From an uncultured Chloroflexia bacterium (lineage in GTDB: Bacteria > Chloroflexota > Limnocylindria > Limnocylindrales > CSP1-4), in contig CAWCVO010000002.1 of assembly GCA_963798955.1 (NCBI GenBank), forward strand, positions 157,599 to 221,598: 64,000 bases of DNA. Reading direction: 5' to 3'. Below the pieces are notes generated by a model that saw only the letters and a program-made list of their open reading frames with translations, did no database searches and was not told the DNA's origin. How positions within the stretch are numbered: the stretch's first letter is position 1; each line of letters starts with the position of its first letter. Below, one piece after another: positions 63,277-64,000 of this stretch. The position numbers were made by a program, and so were the translations under genes.

Positions 63277-64000
63277 TCACAGAGGGAGGGTGAAGCGAAC
63301 GACGGTCTCCGCACTGGGTTGACTCTCGGCGGTGATCGTACCGCCATGCGCATTCACGAGATCCTGGGCGATCGGCAACCCGAGACCCGTGCCCGAGGAG
63401 CCAGGCCCCTTGGCGAACCGCTCGAACACGTGCGGCAGCAGGTCAGGCGGAATGCCGCTGCCGTCATCGCTCACGGCGACCTCGACGGCCGACGGCGGGC
63501 TGCCGGCAACCGACGCGCCCACCTGCACGTGCCCTCCGGCGGGCGTGTGGCGAAGCGCGTTACTGATCAGGTTGGCCAACACCTGGCGAATGCGCGAGGC
63601 GTCGAGGGTGACCACCGGCAGCCCCTCCGGCAGGGCGCTTACGAGCGACACCTGGGCAGTCTTGGCGCGCGGCTCGAACGAGGCGACCGAGTCGCGGATG
63701 AGGCCGGCCAGGTCGGTCGGCTGGCGGTCGAGCGTCAAGCTGCCGGCGTCGGCCAGCGCGACGGTGCGTACGTCGTCGATGAGCTGCTCGAGCGCTCGGG
63801 TCTGTTCGTGGATCGGCGCCAGGTGCTCCCGGTCGGCCGGGTAGACGCCGTCCTCGATCGCCTCCAGCTGAGCCTCGATGACCGAGAGCGGCGTGCGCAG
63901 CTCGTGGGCGACGTCGGCGAGGAACGTGCGGCGCCGTTCATCCTGCTGGGCAAGGCGCGAGCTCATGCGGTTGAAGGCACGTCCCAGCGTGCGCATCGGC
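63277..64000 (-). CDS. sensor histidine kinase, C-terminal part (HAMP end, HisKA, HATPase_c); the 5' end lies beyond the window
   Basis: H-box LADVAHELRTPLSVI; N/G boxes LISNALRHT… DDGSGIP… GTGLGLPIAQ. Confidence 0.8.
   Translation of the reverse strand, partial: PMRTLGRAFNRMSSRLAQQDERRRTFLADVAHELRTPLSVIEAQLEAIEDGVYPADREHLAPIHEQTRALEQLIDDVRTVALADAGSLTLDRQPTDLAGLIRDSVASFEPRAKTAQVSLVSALPEGLPVVTLDASRIRQVLANLISNALRHTPAGGHVQVGASVAGSPPSAVEVAVSDDGSGIPPDLLPHVFERFAKGPGSSGTGLGLPIAQDLVNAHGGTITAESQPSAETVVRFTLPL

Overview
High-GC (~70%) bacterial chromosomal segment; gene content and frequent 4-nt start/stop overlaps suggest an actinobacterial or Chloroflexi-like organism. Read by eye from the ORF track, the window contains the following, in order. 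(1) An L-arabinose/galactose catabolic island: araB (5'-truncated by the window edge), a 3-gene sugar ABC importer, araD, a Zn-dependent alcohol dehydrogenase, araA, then galT-galK and a cystathionine beta-synthase. (2) A very large cytoplasmic hybrid sensor kinase (about 7.3 kb) built from about 10-11 tandem GAF modules, followed by HisKA, HATPase and two receiver domains. It is translationally coupled to a stand-alone Hpt protein and a receiver-adenylate/guanylate cyclase response regulator, which would form a complete phosphorelay ending in cNMP synthesis. The N-terminal part of the kinase carries a cluster of about four frameshifts inside the near-identical repeat array. (3) lgt, a cupin, and two VIT-family iron transporters, one of them with an N-terminal ferritin-like domain. 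(4) sufB-sufD-Rieske. (5) An IS3-family insertion sequence (orfA/orfB with a -1 frameshift, terminal inverted repeats) flanked by a 50-bp tandem-repeat array. (6) A methyltransferase, a GNAT acetyltransferase, a lipoprotein, a SnoaL-like protein, a class V aminotransferase and an SRAP (YedK-like) peptidase. (7) An RSL/AAL-like fucose-lectin-repeat protein, a TMEM175-like K+ channel and a small coiled-coil ORF. (8) A group-3b-type [NiFe] hydrogenase operon: a cNMP-binding protein, a fused beta-gamma diaphorase subunit, small subunit, large subunit, maturation protease, HypC and an unknown 264-aa protein. (9) A GT39-like membrane glycosyltransferase, a D-threonine aldolase-like PLP enzyme, and an NRAMP gene preceded by an MgtE-N/CBS soluble protein that lacks a pore domain. 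(10) tRNA-Gly(CCC) next to a small NRPS-like biosynthetic cluster: stand-alone PCP-TE, Sfp-type PPTase, NHL-repeat protein, ThDP enzyme, cyclase/formamidase-like protein and an A-PCP-TE tridomain synthetase. (11) A large membrane-anchored protein, two tandem 69-aa paralogous small ORFs sharing the MGEKGM start and ribosome-binding region, and a partial histidine kinase. All functional calls are motif-level recognition from the translations; no database search was possible.
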